Assembly (NCBI GenBank): GCA_902776605.1
Contig: CACYQQ010000002.1
Span: forward strand, 1-53,636
Reading direction: 5' to 3'
DNA length: 53,636 nucleotides
Source: an uncultured Bacteroidales bacterium
GTDB lineage: Bacteria; Bacteroidota; Bacteroidia; Bacteroidales; UBA3663
Under the pieces are notes generated by a model, which saw nothing but the letters and a program-made list of their open reading frames with translations, searched no databases and was not told the origin of the DNA. Numbering within the stretch: position 1 is the first letter of the stretch; each line of letters starts with the position of its first letter. Positions 52,338 through 53,636 of this stretch are shown piece by piece. The translations under genes were made by a program, and so were the position numbers.

Positions 52338-52995
52338 CTCAAGAATTAGAGAATTAGAGAATTTTCTTTTGCGCACAAAGTAATGTCGATATCTGTATCG
52401 AATTAGTGAGAATTAGAGAATTCGATGGCTCTAGAGGTCGCATTGGGCTTTTTTAAACGCACTTTTTCCTTCGTTCTCAAATTCGTTTCATAGTCCTTTC
52501 ATGCGGTCGGGTGCGTGCAAGGCTATTCGTCTGCATTGGTTCTATTCGGTGATTCAATCTCAAGAATTAGAGAATTAGAGAATTTTCTTTTGCGCTTAAT
52601 GGAGAATGTAGATATCTGGATTGAATTGATGAGAATTAGAGAATTCGATAGCTCTGGAGGTCGTATTGGGCTTTTTAAAACGCACTTTTTCCTTCGTTCT
52701 CAAATTCGTTTAATATTCCTTTCAGGCAGTCGTGCGGGTTCAAGGTTATTCGTCTGCATTGGTTCAATTCGGTGATTCAATCTCAAGAATTAGAGAATTA
52801 GAGAATTTTTTTGCGCGCAATGGAGTGTGATATCAGTATTGAATGGGTGAGAATTAGAGAATTCGATGGCTCTGGAGGTTGCATTGAGCCTTTTAAAACG
52901 CACTTTTTCCTTCGTTCTCGAATTCGTTTAATAGTCTTTTCATGCGGTCGGGTGCGTGCAAGGCTATTCGTCTTCATTGGTTCCATTCGGTGATT
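52338..52995 (+). repeat. Three tandem copies of a ~221-bp non-coding unit (52338, 52559, 52782)
   Basis: Each unit starts CTCAAGAATTAGAGAATTAGAGAATTTT, contains GAGAATTAGAGAATTCGATGGCTCTGGAGGT and AAACGCACTTTTTCCTTCGTTCTC, and ends ATTCGGTGATT. The unit lengths are 221, 223 and ~214 bp, which are not multiples of 3. Confidence 0.9.
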
Positions 52996-53433
52996 TCTGT
53001 CCCTCTTCCCGCAGAGGGAAATTTAATTCCGTGTTCTTCCGTGCCTTCCGTGGTTCATCCATTTCATTCAGTGATTTTCTTGTGCCTCTCGCCAGGCTAA
53101 GAGTTTGCATTGCCTTTCCGAAGTCCAACAAGTTGAGCACCGTAATACATGATATATGATACTGCGTGTGCGCGCCTATACGCGTATATGTGCATGTTTA
53201 GGATAGGAATTATATCTTTTTTTACTGGTTTGACGGGTCGTTTCGCCTTCCGAACAGAGGGAAAATTGAGGAAAATGGAGGCTTTTCTGCATTTTCGAGG
53301 GTCAGAGGGCGTTTTCTACCACATTTTAGGTGGGCAAAAATAACGTGTTTGTCAAGTGTGAATTACAAAAACGTCCATTTCGGCGGCCAAAAATGGGCAA
53401 AATGAAGAAAATTTGAAAAAAGTTGCAAAATAA

Positions 53434-53465
53434 TTTGGAAGGCTCGCAAAAACCCCCTATCTTTG
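53434..53465 (+). promoter_or_regulatory. Strong Bacteroidota promoter: -33 TTTG (53434-53437) and -7 TATCTTTG(CACC) (53458-53465)
   Basis: Both consensus elements are present with a 20-nt spacer. The downstream 170 nt are non-coding, contain a TGACTGA-GAGA-TCAGTCA hairpin, and run off the window. Confidence 0.55.
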
Positions 53466-53612
53466 CACCCGCAAAACGAAAGGAACACGGTTCTAACGAA
53501 CACTTCCAAATCGATTGCACAACGTTCTCTGAAAGATTGAAACTTAGATATACAAGTAGTACAAAGCCTGACTGAGAGATCAGTCAAAACAAAGGTAGAG
53601 CAGTGCGAAGCT

Positions 53613-53636
53613 AAGGTAATTAGTAATTTGTAATTA
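53613..53636. repeat. AAGGTAATTAGTAATTTGTAATTA module, identical to 10067-10090
   Basis: Exact 24-nt match, truncated by the window edge. Confidence 0.8.

Noticed and set aside
52515-53159. ORFs of 60-86 aa inside the 221-bp tandem array (52515..52775, 52811..52993, 52956..53159, 52798..52986).
   Set aside because: The repeat period is not a multiple of 3 and the frames differ between units. There are no start contexts or promoters, and the peptides are low-complexity translations of stutter words.
52000-53636. Chromosomal replication origin (oriC) or dif site in the 1.6-kb gene desert next to parC.
   Set aside because: I found no cluster of DnaA boxes (TTATCCACA or close variants), no adjacent dnaA/dnaN, and no recognisable XerCD-type 28-bp dif palindrome. 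AT-richness is patchy rather than forming a DUE-like block.

Overview
This is a 53.6-kb chromosomal window from a Bacteroidota genome, most likely Prevotellaceae. The assignment rests on a SusC/SusD pair with a hybrid two-component regulator, many lipoproteins, a fused SecDF, ParC with an acidic N-terminal tail, and repeated TAnnTTTG(CACC/CGCC) -7 promoter boxes. Gene content from left to right: secDF (5' part, cut by the window edge and absent from the ORF track), an Ig-like lipoprotein, DUF3108, YigZ, two tandem outer-membrane paralogs, nadK, exbB-exbD-tonB, a membrane-embedded AraC-type regulator, a HigB/HigA toxin-antitoxin pair, and a minimal PUL (HTCS-SusC-SusD). Next is a partly AT-rich ~9-kb accessory block at 24-33 kb. 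It holds two small membrane proteins, two DUF4919-like paralogs, a DUF2339-type giant membrane protein, a secreted protein, a RAYT/IS200-like Y1 transposase flanked by structured REP elements, and a lipoprotein. After that come a broken comM, a thioredoxin-fold lipoprotein lacking the CxxC motif, and a histidine kinase plus short response regulator divergent from a TolC / periplasmic adaptor / FtsX permease / ABC ATPase efflux operon in which TolC and the adaptor are frame-broken. The window ends with an ECF sigma/anti-sigma pair, tRNA-Leu(UAG), a DKNYY lipoprotein, an S41 peptidase, an outer-membrane-like protein, parC, and 1.6 kb of non-coding DNA. I cannot demonstrate a new multi-gene protein system such as a defence system. 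The strongest unexplained signal is non-coding. Almost every intergenic spacer, including intercistronic spacers inside operons, is built from a small vocabulary of dispersed modules: (1) a GC-rich hairpin element that starts right at stop codons; (2) tandem 7-11 bp stutter words, often centred on 6-bp palindromes; (3) a phased A-tract module; (4) a ~150-bp mosaic element; (5) a 3 x ~221-bp tandem array. Other notable items are the RAYT with compensatory-mutation REP hairpins, an 87-bp direct repeat bracketing an inserted membrane-protein cassette, and a cluster of internal deletions or frameshifts (comM, TolC, adaptor, possibly the response regulator) whose junctions all sit at short direct repeats. 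All homology calls come from motif recognition by eye, and no database search was run. The gene lesions and stutter repeats should be checked against raw reads in case they are assembly artefacts.
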